Positions 28,231 to 38,663 of a stretch of DNA of 64,000 bases are shown one piece after another. A model generated the notes under the pieces. The model made no database searches. It saw nothing but the letters and a program-made list of their open reading frames with translations, and was not told the origin of the DNA. The DNA is taken from contig CAXXVZ010000003.1 in NCBI GenBank assembly GCA_963678065.2, positions 640,001 to 704,000 on the forward strand, given 5' to 3'. Numbering within the stretch: the stretch's first letter is position 1; each line of letters begins with the position of its first letter. Made by a program: the position numbers and the translations under genes. This DNA is from Treponemataceae bacterium (GTDB lineage Bacteria; Spirochaetota; Spirochaetia; Treponematales; Rectinemataceae).

Positions 28231-28746
28231 TTATCGTTCAGGATTGTCGGGATAAAGACGGCGCGAGGCGAGCTCGACGGCGTCGACGATCTGCTGGTAG
28301 CCTGTACAGCGGCAGAGATTGCCCGCGAGGGCTTTCCGAATGGCATCCCGGTCCGGCCGCGGGTTCCGCCTGAGGAAGGCGTAGGTGGTCATGACCATGC
28401 CCGGAGTGCAGAAGCCACACTGGATGGCGCCAGAGTCGATGAAGGACTGCTGGATGGGATGAAGCCCTGCTTCCGGCGAGCCGAGCTCCTCGATGGTGAT
28501 GATCTCCTTGCCGAGGACGGCGCTGACCTTGGTGGTGCAGGAACGCCGCGCCATGCCGCCGACGACCACTGTGCAGCTGCCGCAGGCGCCGATGTCGCAG
28601 CCACGCTTCGTTCCCGTAAGGTCGAGGACATCGCGCAGATAGTCGATGAGAAAGAGGTCGAGTTCCTCTCCGCCGGGGATGTGGTCCCGGCCGTTGATCC
28701 TTACCGCGTCGGCCCGGACCGGAGTTCCGTTTTCGGAGTCTGTCAT
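28231..28746 (-). CDS. [2Fe-2S] subunit of xanthine dehydrogenase / CoxS family
   Basis: GTKRGCDIGACGSCTV, QCGFCTPG and NLCRCTGY motifs. Confidence 0.95.
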   Translation of the reverse strand: MTDSENGTPVRADAVRINGRDHIPGGEELDLFLIDYLRDVLDLTGTKRGCDIGACGSCTVVVGGMARRSCTTKVSAVLGKEIITIEELGSPEAGLHPIQQSFIDSGAIQCGFCTPGMVMTTYAFLRRNPRPDRDAIRKALAGNLCRCTGYQQIVDAVELASRRLYPDNPER

Positions 28747-31004
28747 GCGAGCTCCTTGGGATCGATCCTGATCGGAAGGCTGGTGAAACGGATTCCCGTC
28801 GCGTTATACACGGCATTGGCTATGGCCGCAGTCATAAGCTCGAGGGCGGGCTCCCCTATGCCCTTGGCTCCGGTGGGGGAAGTGGGATCGTAGTTTTCGA
28901 CGATGATGCCGGTGATCTCCGGCATGTCCCTCGCCTTCGGAATCCTGTAACTGTTGAAGTTGAGGTTGTGTATCCGGCCTCCCTCGATGCCGATATCTTC
29001 CATAAGAGCCTGACCCGTGGCCTGTGCGATGCCACCGTACATCTGGCCGAGGATCATCGGCCTGTTGACCGCCTTGCCGATATCGTGTCCCGCCACCATG
29101 TTGATGAGCCTCACGGCGCCTGTCTTCCTGTCCACCTCGAGTTCGACGGCCTGGCAGCTGTAGACATAGGTGAAGTAGGCCTCGCCCTGGCCGGTCTTTT
29201 CATCCCAGGAAACCTCGGGCGCGCGGAAAGAGCCAAACGCGTAAGGGTAGACGCACATGCCGTGGAGGAGCTTCACCGCCTTCTCCCAAGGGATGCTGGC
29301 CCCTAATGGCGAGGCGAGGCAGTCGTTCGCGAAGGCTACTTCTTCGGGCCTGCATCCGAGCTCGCCCGCGAGGGCGTCCGACATGATCTTTTTCAGATTG
29401 CGGGCGGCGACCGCGACAGCCCCTCCGCCCATGAGGGTGCCGCGGGTCGCGACGGTCGTGCCGCCGTCCGGAATGTTCGAGGTCGAGGGTTGGCGGTAGC
29501 GGATCCGCGAAACCGGCACACCGAGTTCCTTCGCCAGAATGAGTATCTGGGCGGATTCCGCGCCCTGTCCGTTCTCGTGGATGGCCGCCTCGAGGAGGAT
29601 GGAGCCGTCCTGCTGGCAGTTCACGATGGCGCAGCAGTAGTCCATGCCCTCGGCTCCGAGGCTCGCGCCGCGGTAGCTCGTCGCGATGCCGATGCCGTAG
29701 AGTTTCTCCTCCCCGGCGCGCCCTCGCGAAGAGCGGGCGAATTTCTGGTCGAAATCTATCTTCGCCGCGACCTTGTCCATGACAGATTCCAGGCTGACGG
29801 TGTGATTGTCGAGAACCTGCCCGGTTATCGTCGTCGAGCCCTGCTTGACCATGTTGATCCTGCGAATCTCGAGGGGCGACAGCCCGAGCCTCTCGGCGGC
29901 CATGTCCATGAGCTGTTCCACGGCGAAGTGGACCTGGGGGGCGCCGAAGCCGCGCATCGCTCCCGTGAAGACATTGTTCGTGGCGACCGCGCGGATGTCC
30001 ATGCGGACATTGTCCACCATGTAGGGTCCGCAACACTGGGCGGTGCTGCGCCAGTTGACCCAGGGAGTGACCGAGAGGTAGGCGCCTGAATCCGCGAGCA
30101 TGTCGATCTCCGCGGCGCGCAGGCGGCCGGATTTTTCAAAACCGAGCCTGTAGGTGAGACGGTAAGGATGACGTTTGTAGCTCTCCCGCATCGACCACTC
30201 GCGGTCGTAGCGGATCTTGACCGGCCTGCCGGTGATCCGCGCCGCGAGGGCGGCCCGGGCGCAGATGATGGCCGCCGTGTCATCCTTGCCGCCGAAGCCT
30301 CCTCCCATGACGACATTGAACACTTCGATGTCGGCCAGAGGCTCCGCGAGGATGGCGGCGACGAAGCGCCGGGTGGAGTAAGGGTGCTGCATGCTCCCGT
30401 AAATCCCCATGGTGCCGTCGGGGCGGGGAAGGGCGAGGGCGGCCTCGGGCTCCATGTAGGCGTGTTCGACGTGCTGGGTCCTGAAAGTTTCGGCGACAAC
30501 GAGATCGCAGGATGCCATCGCTCCGGGAGCATTCCCGCGCCTGACACAGCCGTGGTTGACCAGATTCGTGTCCCGACCTTCGAGGATGCGCGGAGCGCCG
30601 GAAGAGAGGGCCAGCTCGGGGTCGGTGAGCGCAGGCAGCTCCTCCGCGTCCATGGCGACGAGTCGCGCCGCGGCTAGGGCGTGAGCCCGCGTGTCCGCCA
30701 CCACGAGAGCCGCGACATCCCCCTCACACATGATCGAGTCGGAGACGAGCATCGCGTAATCCTGCTCGATCTGGCCATACTTCGCGCTGCCAGGGATGTC
30801 CTTTGCAGTCAAAACGCGGACGACGCCTGCGGCTGCCTTCGCCTTTGCCGTATCGAGGACGAGGGATTTGGCCCTCACCCAGGGAGTGTAGACGGGTACT
30901 GCGTGCAGCATGCCGGGCGCTTTGAGATCGTCGGTGTATTTGGCGCGGCCCGTGACTTTTGCCGCCGCGTCGTTTCTGAAAACGGATCCCTCCGGGTATC
31001 GCAT
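28743..31004 (-). CDS. Molybdopterin-binding subunit, xanthine dehydrogenase/aldehyde oxidoreductase family
   Basis: KVTGRAKYTDD, HAYMEPE, MGGGFGGK, AMRGFGAPQ and AKGIGEP motifs. Confidence 0.95.
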   Translation of the reverse strand: MRYPEGSVFRNDAAAKVTGRAKYTDDLKAPGMLHAVPVYTPWVRAKSLVLDTAKAKAAAGVVRVLTAKDIPGSAKYGQIEQDYAMLVSDSIMCEGDVAALVVADTRAHALAAARLVAMDAEELPALTDPELALSSGAPRILEGRDTNLVNHGCVRRGNAPGAMASCDLVVAETFRTQHVEHAYMEPEAALALPRPDGTMGIYGSMQHPYSTRRFVAAILAEPLADIEVFNVVMGGGFGGKDDTAAIICARAALAARITGRPVKIRYDREWSMRESYKRHPYRLTYRLGFEKSGRLRAAEIDMLADSGAYLSVTPWVNWRSTAQCCGPYMVDNVRMDIRAVATNNVFTGAMRGFGAPQVHFAVEQLMDMAAERLGLSPLEIRRINMVKQGSTTITGQVLDNHTVSLESVMDKVAAKIDFDQKFARSSRGRAGEEKLYGIGIATSYRGASLGAEGMDYCCAIVNCQQDGSILLEAAIHENGQGAESAQILILAKELGVPVSRIRYRQPSTSNIPDGGTTVATRGTLMGGGAVAVAARNLKKIMSDALAGELGCRPEEVAFANDCLASPLGASIPWEKAVKLLHGMCVYPYAFGSFRAPEVSWDEKTGQGEAYFTYVYSCQAVELEVDRKTGAVRLINMVAGHDIGKAVNRPMILGQMYGGIAQATGQALMEDIGIEGGRIHNLNFNSYRIPKARDMPEITGIIVENYDPTSPTGAKGIGEPALELMTAAIANAVYNATGIRFTSLPIRIDPKELA

Positions 31005-31229
31005 CGGGTACTCCTTGCTTAGCGATAGTACAGGTTTATCGTGTCGCGATCAACAACGAATACTTTGTCTCTGCCATCCTGCGTGCCCGGGAAAATTCCT
31101 GAAAATAGTTTCTTTTAATAGAAACATATTGCCACGCGCATACCTTCCATGGTAAAACCGGACACAATCTGATGTATCTATTCAAAGAAACAAAAATGAT
31201 TCTGTCGCGAAGAATCCGAGGAGGCCGGA

Positions 31230-32624
31230 ATGTCGATCATCGAAAAGAAGCCGCGGACACCGATCCGCATCACTCTGTCCGAGGCTGAGATGCCGCGCCA
31301 GTGGTACAATCTGGCCGCCGATTTTACCACTCCCATGCTCCCGCCCCTTGGTCCGGACGGAAACCCGGTGACGCCCGAGATGATGTCGGCCATCTTCCCC
31401 ATGAACCTGATAGAACAGGAGATGAGCAGCGAGCGGCACATCGACATTCCCGAAGAAGTTTTGGAGATACTGTATTCATGGAGGCCCTCTCCCCTGCACC
31501 GCGCGGTGGCTCTCGAGCGCGCCTTGAAGACGCCGGCGCGCATCTACTACAAGAACGAAAGCGTGTCGCCCGCAGGAAGCCACAAACCGAATACTGCCGT
31601 GGCCCAGGCCTATTACAACAAGGTCGCAGGGGTCAAACATCTGACCACCGAAACCGGAGCGGGGCAGTGGGGGAGTGCGCTGTCTTTCGCCTGCTCCCTC
31701 ATGGGGCTGAGCTGCCGCGTCTACATGGTCAAAGTGAGTTTCGAGCAGAAACCCTTCCGCAAACTCATGATGAACACCTGGGGCGGAGAGTGCATCCCCA
31801 GTCCGAGCACCCGGACAAAAGCCGGGCGCGATGTCCTCGCGAAGGACCCCGACTGCCCAGGCAGTCTCGCGATAGCCATCAGCGAGGCCGTGGAGGATGC
31901 GGTCTCCGATTCGAGCGGGAAGACAAAGTACGCTCTCGGATCCGTCCTCAACCACGTCATGCTCCACCAGACTATCATCGGCCAGGAGACTATCGCGCAG
32001 CTCGCAAAGGCGGGGGAAGGCATGCCGGATTCGGTCATCGCCTGCGTCGGCGGAGGATCGAACTTCGCGGGTCTCTCATTCCCCTTTATCAGAGAAAAGA
32101 TCGGAGGACGCGAGATGGACATCATCGCCGTCGAACCATCCTCCTGTCCCACGCTCACCAAAGGGCGTTTCGCCTACGATATCGGGGACATGTCGGGCAT
32201 GACGCCCCTCCTGCCCATGCACACACTCGGCCACGAGTTCATTCCGCCCACCATTCACGCGGGGGGACTTCGGTACCACGGCATGTCTCCCCTGGTTTCC
32301 AAGGCGGTGACGGACGGACTCGTCGAGCCGCGGGCGGTGAATCAGCTCGAATGTTACGGAGCGGCAGTGACTTTTGCGCGGACCGAGGGCATAATTGTGG
32401 CTCCCGAGACGAGTCACGCGGTGGCCATGGCCATCCGCGAGGCGAACAAAGCCAGGGAAGAGGGCAAGGAAAAAGTCATTGTCTTCGGACTGTCCGGACA
32501 CGGTCTTCTGGACCTTGCCGGCTATGAGAAGTATTTCAGTGGCCATCTTTCCGACTATGAGCTTTCGGCGGACGCCATCGAGGAGTCGCTGGCCTGCATA
32601 GCGGGCTTTCCTCCCGTGGCATGA
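31230..32624 (+). CDS. trpB2: TrpB2-type tryptophan synthase beta-like PLP enzyme
   Basis: [27 protein letters not shown] and HAGGLRYHG motifs. No trpA adjacent. Confidence 0.93.
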   Translation: MSIIEKKPRTPIRITLSEAEMPRQWYNLAADFTTPMLPPLGPDGNPVTPEMMSAIFPMNLIEQEMSSERHIDIPEEVLEILYSWRPSPLHRAVALERALKTPARIYYKNESVSPAGSHKPNTAVAQAYYNKVAGVKHLTTETGAGQWGSALSFACSLMGLSCRVYMVKVSFEQKPFRKLMMNTWGGECIPSPSTRTKAGRDVLAKDPDCPGSLAIAISEAVEDAVSDSSGKTKYALGSVLNHVMLHQTIIGQETIAQLAKAGEGMPDSVIACVGGGSNFAGLSFPFIREKIGGREMDIIAVEPSSCPTLTKGRFAYDIGDMSGMTPLLPMHTLGHEFIPPTIHAGGLRYHGMSPLVSKAVTDGLVEPRAVNQLECYGAAVTFARTEGIIVAPETSHAVAMAIREANKAREEGKEKVIVFGLSGHGLLDLAGYEKYFSGHLSDYELSADAIEESLACIAGFPPVA

Positions 32625-32701
32625 GAACCCAGGCAGGCAGTGTGCGGCGCATCGGCCGCCGCGCTGCCTGCGGGCGTTCCCGAACGCTTCAACGGAGGCG
32701 A

Positions 32702-33517
32702 ATGATGCGGCTGGCGCTTGTCCAGAGCGAACCAGTGTTCGGCGAAGCAGAGAAAAACGTGGAGTCGCTCTGTCGTCTCATGGATTCGGCGCAGGCCGAC
32801 CTCTATGTCCTTCCGGAGCTGTGCACGACAGGCTACCAGTTCCGTTCACGGAATGAGGCCCTGGATCTGGCCGAAACTCCGGAGGGACCGGCTGTGTCGC
32901 GGTTGCGGAACGAGGCCGCCCGACGGGATGCGGCCATCGTCTTCGGATTCGCCGAATCGACGGGCTCGTCGCTCTTCAACAGCTCGCTCGCGGCTCTGCC
33001 CGACGGCACTTTTGCGCTCTACCGCAAAACCCACCTCTTTCACCGCGAGACCCTCGTGTTCGACAGAGGGGATACAGGCTTCCCTGTTTTTGACTTCAGG
33101 GGAGCGCGCGTAGGTATGGCCATCTGCTTCGACTGGATCTTTCCGGAGAGCTTCAGGACCCTTGCGCTGAAAGGATCCGACATCGTGGCGCACTGTTCGA
33201 ACCTCGTCCTGCCCTTCTGCCAGAGGGCCGATTTCACGCGCGCGATCGAAAATCGCGTGTTCGTGGCCACGGCCAACCGTGTCGGACTGGAAGATCGCCT
33301 CGGCGCGGACAGAGGCGAAGCGGATGACCGCGCCGCCCTGCGTTTCACGGGAGAGAGTGTCCTCGTCTCGCCGTTGGGAGACTACATCCTGCGTCTGGAT
33401 GCTGAGAAACCCGACTCCTGTGCCGCAACGATCGATCCGGACTTGGCGCGCGACAAGTCGATCAATCCGTACAATAACCTCGTTGCGGACAGAAGGCCGG
33501 AGTTCTACGCCCGATAG
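32702..33517 (+). CDS. Nitrilase / carbon-nitrogen hydrolase family
   Basis: E-K-C triad in VLPEL, YRKTHLF and ICFDW. GGAGG before ATG 32702. Confidence 0.92.
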   Translation: MMRLALVQSEPVFGEAEKNVESLCRLMDSAQADLYVLPELCTTGYQFRSRNEALDLAETPEGPAVSRLRNEAARRDAAIVFGFAESTGSSLFNSSLAALPDGTFALYRKTHLFHRETLVFDRGDTGFPVFDFRGARVGMAICFDWIFPESFRTLALKGSDIVAHCSNLVLPFCQRADFTRAIENRVFVATANRVGLEDRLGADRGEADDRAALRFTGESVLVSPLGDYILRLDAEKPDSCAATIDPDLARDKSINPYNNLVADRRPEFYAR

Positions 33518-33620
33518 ACCGGAGTCCGATGCTATAGAGCTACGGGTGTGAAACTCACGTCGGGATGAACGAACCCCGGAGCAGCTTCGGGGTATGGACC
33601 CGCATGCGGATCAAAACCAC

Positions 33621-35054
33621 TCAGAACGCGCTCCCTTCGACAATCTTCCTCAGTTGTAAGGCCGCAATCTTCGGATTGGTGAGGGTCGAGGGGCCGGCTA
33701 AGCAGCCCCCCGCACAGGCCATCACCTCGACGAAGTTAGCGAGACAATTCCCTTCGGCGTATGATCGGAGGGTCTTCATGGATTCCGGGTTGAGACCGTT
33801 CACCGTCTCGCCCCGAAGAATCTCCGGCCGGGAAAGTCTGGCCCTGACTGCGCCCAGCACGCCACCCGAGGCCGCAAACCCCCGCCCCATCCCGCTCGCC
33901 TGCCGGGGCCCTGTCTCGTCAGGCATATCCTGCACATCGATGTCGAGGGCGACGAAGAGAGCTCCGAGCTCCTCTGCAGAGATGGCGAAATCGACCAGAG
34001 GATCGTCCTGGACCTCCTTTCGCTTGGCGACGCAGGGGCCGATGAACACCCTGCAGGCCTCCGGCGCCTCCCTGTGCGCGATTTCCGCGGTGTAATGCAT
34101 GGGGCTCCGTGTACTGGAAACTCTCGGTTTCAATGCCGGTATGTGCCTGTCCACTGTCTGGACGAAGGCGGGACAGCAGCTCGTCGTCATGAAGCCCGTA
34201 CCTTCCGTCATCCTCTCCCCGAACTCCGCCGCTTCTCGCGCCGAAGTGATGTCGGCGCCCAGAGCGACTTCGAATACATCGGAGAATCCCGCCCTGCGCA
34301 AGGCAGCCTCTAGCTTGCCGAGCGGGGCGCGGAACTGGGCAGCAACTGCCGGGGCGTACAGCGCGGCGAGCTTCCCGCCCGCGAGGAGGCGCTTCGTCAC
34401 GTCGACAATGGAAGATCGCTCCATCATGGCCCCGAAAGGGCATTCGCGGATGCAGTTCCCGCAATACACGCATTTCGTGTAATCGATCCTCTCCTCGCCC
34501 TCCGCGTTTTTCGTCACCGCCCCGACCGGGCAGGCTTCCTCGCAGGGGACTGGCAACTTGATAATCGCATGGTAGGGGCAGACCTGTTGACAGATGCCAC
34601 AGTTGACACAGGTTTCCTTGTCGATGACGGCGTGCCCCTCCAGCATGGTCACAGCCTTTCGGGGACAATTCATGGAGCATGGCCTGGCGAGACATCCCTG
34701 GCAGGCATTGGTCACGAGGAAGCGGGTTCTCACGCAGGCGTTGCAGGCTTCATCCAGAACGGTGAGGATGGGGCCGGCCATCGTCTCCCGCGAGAGGGCT
34801 CCTTCCGCCCATTCCGAAAGAGGCGCGCCATCCTCTGCCATATCCTCGACGGAGAAGCCGAGCCAGGCGAGAAGTCGGTATCGCATGATCACTCTGTCGT
34901 GGTGGACACAACAGCGCACCGGGCTGTATCCCGACCCCGTCATGCGGTAGGGGATTCGGTCGATCTCTTCAACAAGGCGTCCGCTCTTCATGAGTTCGAG
35001 GATATGAATGAGAAGCTCACGCTTGATCTGGGAAGAGTGATTGTTGTAGTGCAT
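33621..35054 (-). CDS. Monomeric [FeFe]-hydrogenase (group B-like)
   Basis: H-cluster motifs TTSCCP, GPCVAKRKE and EVMACAGGCLAGP; three N-terminal ferredoxin Cys motifs. Confidence 0.92.
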   Translation of the reverse strand: MHYNNHSSQIKRELLIHILELMKSGRLVEEIDRIPYRMTGSGYSPVRCCVHHDRVIMRYRLLAWLGFSVEDMAEDGAPLSEWAEGALSRETMAGPILTVLDEACNACVRTRFLVTNACQGCLARPCSMNCPRKAVTMLEGHAVIDKETCVNCGICQQVCPYHAIIKLPVPCEEACPVGAVTKNAEGEERIDYTKCVYCGNCIRECPFGAMMERSSIVDVTKRLLAGGKLAALYAPAVAAQFRAPLGKLEAALRRAGFSDVFEVALGADITSAREAAEFGERMTEGTGFMTTSCCPAFVQTVDRHIPALKPRVSSTRSPMHYTAEIAHREAPEACRVFIGPCVAKRKEVQDDPLVDFAISAEELGALFVALDIDVQDMPDETGPRQASGMGRGFAASGGVLGAVRARLSRPEILRGETVNGLNPESMKTLRSYAEGNCLANFVEVMACAGGCLAGPSTLTNPKIAALQLRKIVEGSAF

Positions 35055-35058
35055 GGCC

Positions 35059-35313
35059 TCACCCTACGAGGGCGGTTATCCGCTCAAGGATGAGGGGGAT
35101 CGTCGCCAAGGGAAGAATCTCACCGCCGATTTTCGCGTAGGGGGCTGCGCCGTAGCGCCTGTCCTTGCACAGGCCAAGGCAGGGGGAACCCTCGACAGAA
35201 ACCTTTTCGCGCAGGTGTGGGGGAATGCTCTCTTCAAGTAGGAGAAGTTCTGATCCGCCCATGACATAGCAGGTTGTCCCCGAGCAGATGGTTACGGTGA
35301 GTTTCGGCTCCAT
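35059..35313 (-). CDS. Thioredoxin-like [2Fe-2S] ferredoxin (NuoE-like)
   Basis: ICSGTTCYVMG and CLGLC motifs. AGGAG before ATG 35313. Confidence 0.85.
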   Translation of the reverse strand: MEPKLTVTICSGTTCYVMGGSELLLLEESIPPHLREKVSVEGSPCLGLCKDRRYGAAPYAKIGGEILPLATIPLILERITALVG

Positions 35314-35353
35314 GGTCGTTCTCCTTGACACGCCGGAAGAAATCCGGTCTGGG

Positions 35354-36562
35354 TCACTGGTAATGGATGTGCGTTTCCTTGAGGTATCGCTCCTCGAGGA
35401 GGGACGCGATTTTCTTGACTACGTTTCTGCGGATTTCGAGTTCCACTGGCATGGCGGGATCTTGGTGAGCCTCGTTTATTTTCGTCCCAACATGAAAATC
35501 GATGATATCGCTGTCCAGAAAAAAATCGACGATCTGCATGGCGGGCGAGAGAGTCGCCCTGTCTCCGGAATCGCCGGGCCTCTCGAGAATTTCCGCCACC
35601 GCGCCGAGGGTGATGATCCCTTCAGTCACAAGATCGGCTCCATCCATCGAGGAGGTGGGGGGCAGCCCCGCACCCCATCTCTTAAGGTCCACTTTGACGA
35701 CGCGGCCGAGTTCCCGTGAGAGGATATTCGCCGTCGTACCTCCACAGATGATCTTTTTCCCGGGAAATGAATTGAATACCTGAGCGATTACGCCGTCCCT
35801 CGATCGGTCGATGGAAGGTCCCGTCATGAGCATGAGTCTGCGTGGCTCCCGGAAGTATATGACGCCGCAGCTTATGTCGTCCTTGGGCCTGTAGCCGTCT
35901 TTCCGCCCCGCCTCGTGCACGAACTCCCGCGCGAGTTCGCGCGCCGAGATGCGGGGATCGTCTCGGATCGCCTCCAGAGCGAAGGACCGCGCGGAAGGAT
36001 TCCCCCAACCGAGAGGGTAGGCGGGACTTCCCATGCCGGACTGGGAGACACCGTCGGAAAAGAACACGAGCCTGTCACCCGGACGCGCGGAGAATTCCGA
36101 ATACCGCAAAATGGCCTCAGTCTTTCCATGTCCCTGCGCCCGGGCATCCAGCTCAGCCCTCTGGATGGAGATCCCGCTCATGATCGGCTCGACGAGGGTG
36201 TTCTCGCGCACGAGGATATAGGGAGGATTGTCGTACTCGATGATCCTGACCTCCCGCGAGCGCTCTATGTCGATGATCGTGAAAGTCGCATAGCTGATCC
36301 GGCGCTGTCTGCAGACAGGCAGCGTCTTCATGATGATTCCTGCCGCTCGCCTGATGGGGATGTCGTCTGCCACGAATTTCAGTGCCATCGTCGCGGTCAG
36401 GGTTGCGAGCACTCCAGCCTTCACACCGGAGCCGAGCCCATCGGAGAGCACCGAGATGATCCTGCCCTCGGAAGTTTTTTTCGACAGAAAGACATCCCCG
36501 GGAGCGGCCTGTCCCCACTTGTTCTCCTGGTAGTGTCCTACTTCGACGAATACGGGATTCAT
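35354..36562 (-). CDS. SpoIIE/PP2C-family Ser/Thr phosphatase (HfsC-like)
   Basis: VLSDGLGSG, YATFTI, FFSDGV, KDDIS and ICGGTTA motifs. Start ATG 36562 overlaps the upstream stop. Confidence 0.88.
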   Translation of the reverse strand: MNPVFVEVGHYQENKWGQAAPGDVFLSKKTSEGRIISVLSDGLGSGVKAGVLATLTATMALKFVADDIPIRRAAGIIMKTLPVCRQRRISYATFTIIDIERSREVRIIEYDNPPYILVRENTLVEPIMSGISIQRAELDARAQGHGKTEAILRYSEFSARPGDRLVFFSDGVSQSGMGSPAYPLGWGNPSARSFALEAIRDDPRISARELAREFVHEAGRKDGYRPKDDISCGVIYFREPRRLMLMTGPSIDRSRDGVIAQVFNSFPGKKIICGGTTANILSRELGRVVKVDLKRWGAGLPPTSSMDGADLVTEGIITLGAVAEILERPGDSGDRATLSPAMQIVDFFLDSDIIDFHVGTKINEAHQDPAMPVELEIRRNVVKKIASLLEERYLKETHIHYQ

Positions 36563-38403
36563 ACCGCACTGTCCCGTCTGGTTTTCTTTCTGCCTTGTCC
36601 CGGACCCCTTCCATCCTGTCCTTCTTCCCCGTCGAAGGATTCGATGATGGAATTGAGGATGGTTTCGGTTTCCGCGGCGTTCTCGCCGAGGAGATAGGCT
36701 ATCTTCTGGACGACGGCCAGGTTTTTCTCGATGACTTTGCGCGACTGATTCACGATTCTGTCCTTGCGGACCCAGGGAATGGTCACATCCTGGAAGACGC
36801 CGCCAGCGAGGTTCCCTGACTCGATCGCGAATACCGCGCCGTGGAGTATCCTGTTTCCGATATGGATGTCCCGGTCCACAGAGTCGGCTCCCGCGAGGAC
36901 ATCGGCGAATAGTTTGTGGAAAACCGCCGTTTTTTCGAGCTCGGCTCCCTCGAGTCCGGGTTTCAGGTCCCAGAGCGCCGCTGTTTCCTCGTCCATAAGG
37001 CGGGCGAAATTCCGGTTGCACTCGACGATCCGGAGATCCCTGTCGACAATGACGACGCCCGAGGGTATGGCGCGAAAGAGGCCATTCGCCTTTTTCTGGG
37101 CAAGTTTGCGCATGTAGGAGACGCACATCGCGGCTTCGGCCTTGTTCTCTAGAACGGCGCGCGCGAAGTCCCGGCAGCAGTCGTACCCGCAGCCTCCGCA
37201 GTTGAGCTCATCAGTGCGGCTGTACTTGCCCGTACGTCTCAGCACGGCCTCCAGTTCGGCATCGGAGAAAGTCGACCCGCAGACGGGGATGACAGAGTAG
37301 CGGTTCGAGATCTCGGTATCCCCGGGAAGATTGTCTCCGCCTGCGTCGCGAGCATAACCGAGCACCTTCAGCCGCTTCGTTATCGTGCCCTTTCTCGTCG
37401 CACAGCGGGGTCCATTGACACAGCCACCCTCGCAGGCGAGGAGTTCGAGGAAGACTGGCCCGTCCATCCCGGCCCCCCCGTCCGCCTCGAGTTCTCCGAG
37501 GGCGCGATCGATCTCCTTCAGTCCGCTGAAGGACATGAAACTGATGCCGCGGGGAGGGTCCCAGGCCTTGATGGCAGCTATCATGCCGCCGTCCACCGGG
37601 TACAGAGCGCCCTTTCCGGCACGGGCCGGCCTGAAGACTTGATCTGGTCCGCCTGGCTCTTCTGCAGGGTCTATGCAGGCATCGGCAAACCATTCTCGGA
37701 TATCGTGGAAGTCGATGGACGCGTCCACGAGTTCGCGGTGAAGGTCGGATTCGTGTTTTTTGGCGATGCAGGGTCCGATGAAAACGACTCCGGTCTCCTC
37801 ACCGTAGAAATCGCGTAAAAATCGCGCCTGGGCGAGGAGGGGCGAATGGAAGGGTACAATTCCGGAGGAAAATTCAGGGTAGTATTTCATGATGTATTCA
37901 ACGACGGTCGGGCAGGCCGATGAGATGACGAACTTGCCCCTTCCGGCACTCGGAGCGCCTCCCTCGCTTCCGGCGCGCCCCTCAGCCCGGCTTCCTGCCC
38001 CGGCATCCGCGACCATGAGCGACAGATCGTGGGCGATGCGCCGCGAGACTATGTCGGCGCCCAGGGCCGTCTCGCATACCTCGGCGAAACCGAGTTTTTT
38101 AAGGGAGGCGATGATGACATCGGTCCTGAGACCGGGGAATTCGGAAACGAAGGAGGGTGCGAGTGAAGCGATGACCTTTTTGCCCGAAGCGAGGAGGGAG
38201 CGCACGCGCGGCAGATCCTTCCTGACCTTTTTCGCTCCGACAGGGCAGACTTCCACGCAGTGGCCGCAGAGTACACAGCGTTCAGGAACTATGGCGGCCC
38301 GGCCCTGTGAGATCTTTATCGCCTTCACCGTGCATTCACGGAGGCATTTGTAGCAGTCCTGGCACTCTGCCTTTTCGGTGTGCACCGGATTGAACGCGTC
38401 CAT
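36559..38403 (-). CDS. PAS-domain sensory [FeFe]-hydrogenase (group C, HydS/HfsB-like)
   Basis: Two ferredoxin motifs; ISSACP, GPCIAKKHE and ELLACEGGCVNGP; LNCGGCGY..C cluster; C-terminal PAS (IPSGVVIVD..IVECN). Confidence 0.9.
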   Translation of the reverse strand: MDAFNPVHTEKAECQDCYKCLRECTVKAIKISQGRAAIVPERCVLCGHCVEVCPVGAKKVRKDLPRVRSLLASGKKVIASLAPSFVSEFPGLRTDVIIASLKKLGFAEVCETALGADIVSRRIAHDLSLMVADAGAGSRAEGRAGSEGGAPSAGRGKFVISSACPTVVEYIMKYYPEFSSGIVPFHSPLLAQARFLRDFYGEETGVVFIGPCIAKKHESDLHRELVDASIDFHDIREWFADACIDPAEEPGGPDQVFRPARAGKGALYPVDGGMIAAIKAWDPPRGISFMSFSGLKEIDRALGELEADGGAGMDGPVFLELLACEGGCVNGPRCATRKGTITKRLKVLGYARDAGGDNLPGDTEISNRYSVIPVCGSTFSDAELEAVLRRTGKYSRTDELNCGGCGYDCCRDFARAVLENKAEAAMCVSYMRKLAQKKANGLFRAIPSGVVIVDRDLRIVECNRNFARLMDEETAALWDLKPGLEGAELEKTAVFHKLFADVLAGADSVDRDIHIGNRILHGAVFAIESGNLAGGVFQDVTIPWVRKDRIVNQSRKVIEKNLAVVQKIAYLLGENAAETETILNSIIESFDGEEGQDGRGPGQGRKKTRRDSAV

Positions 38404-38405
38404 GG

Positions 38406-38663
38406 TCAGACTCCGGCCTGTGCGAGCGGCGCGAGGATGTCCTGAAGATCGGCGGGCATCACATGCCGATAGACCCTGTCGTCGACTATTATGATAGGGC
38501 CGTCCTTGCACATGCCCTCGCACAGGGTGCCCGAGAAGGCGATCGTGATGTCGAGTTTCTTCTCCTCCAAAAAGCGCTGTATCAGTTCGACATTGAGCCC
38601 GTTACCCCTGGAAAAACACGAACTGCCCATGCAGATTTTGATAGAGCTGGCGGCTGGGGACAT
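38406..38663 (-). CDS. Thioredoxin-like [2Fe-2S] ferredoxin (HfsA-like)
   Basis: ICMGSSCFSRGN and LCEGMCKDGP motifs. GGAGG before ATG 38663. Confidence 0.88.
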   Translation of the reverse strand: MSPAASSIKICMGSSCFSRGNGLNVELIQRFLEEKKLDITIAFSGTLCEGMCKDGPIIIVDDRVYRHVMPADLQDILAPLAQAGV

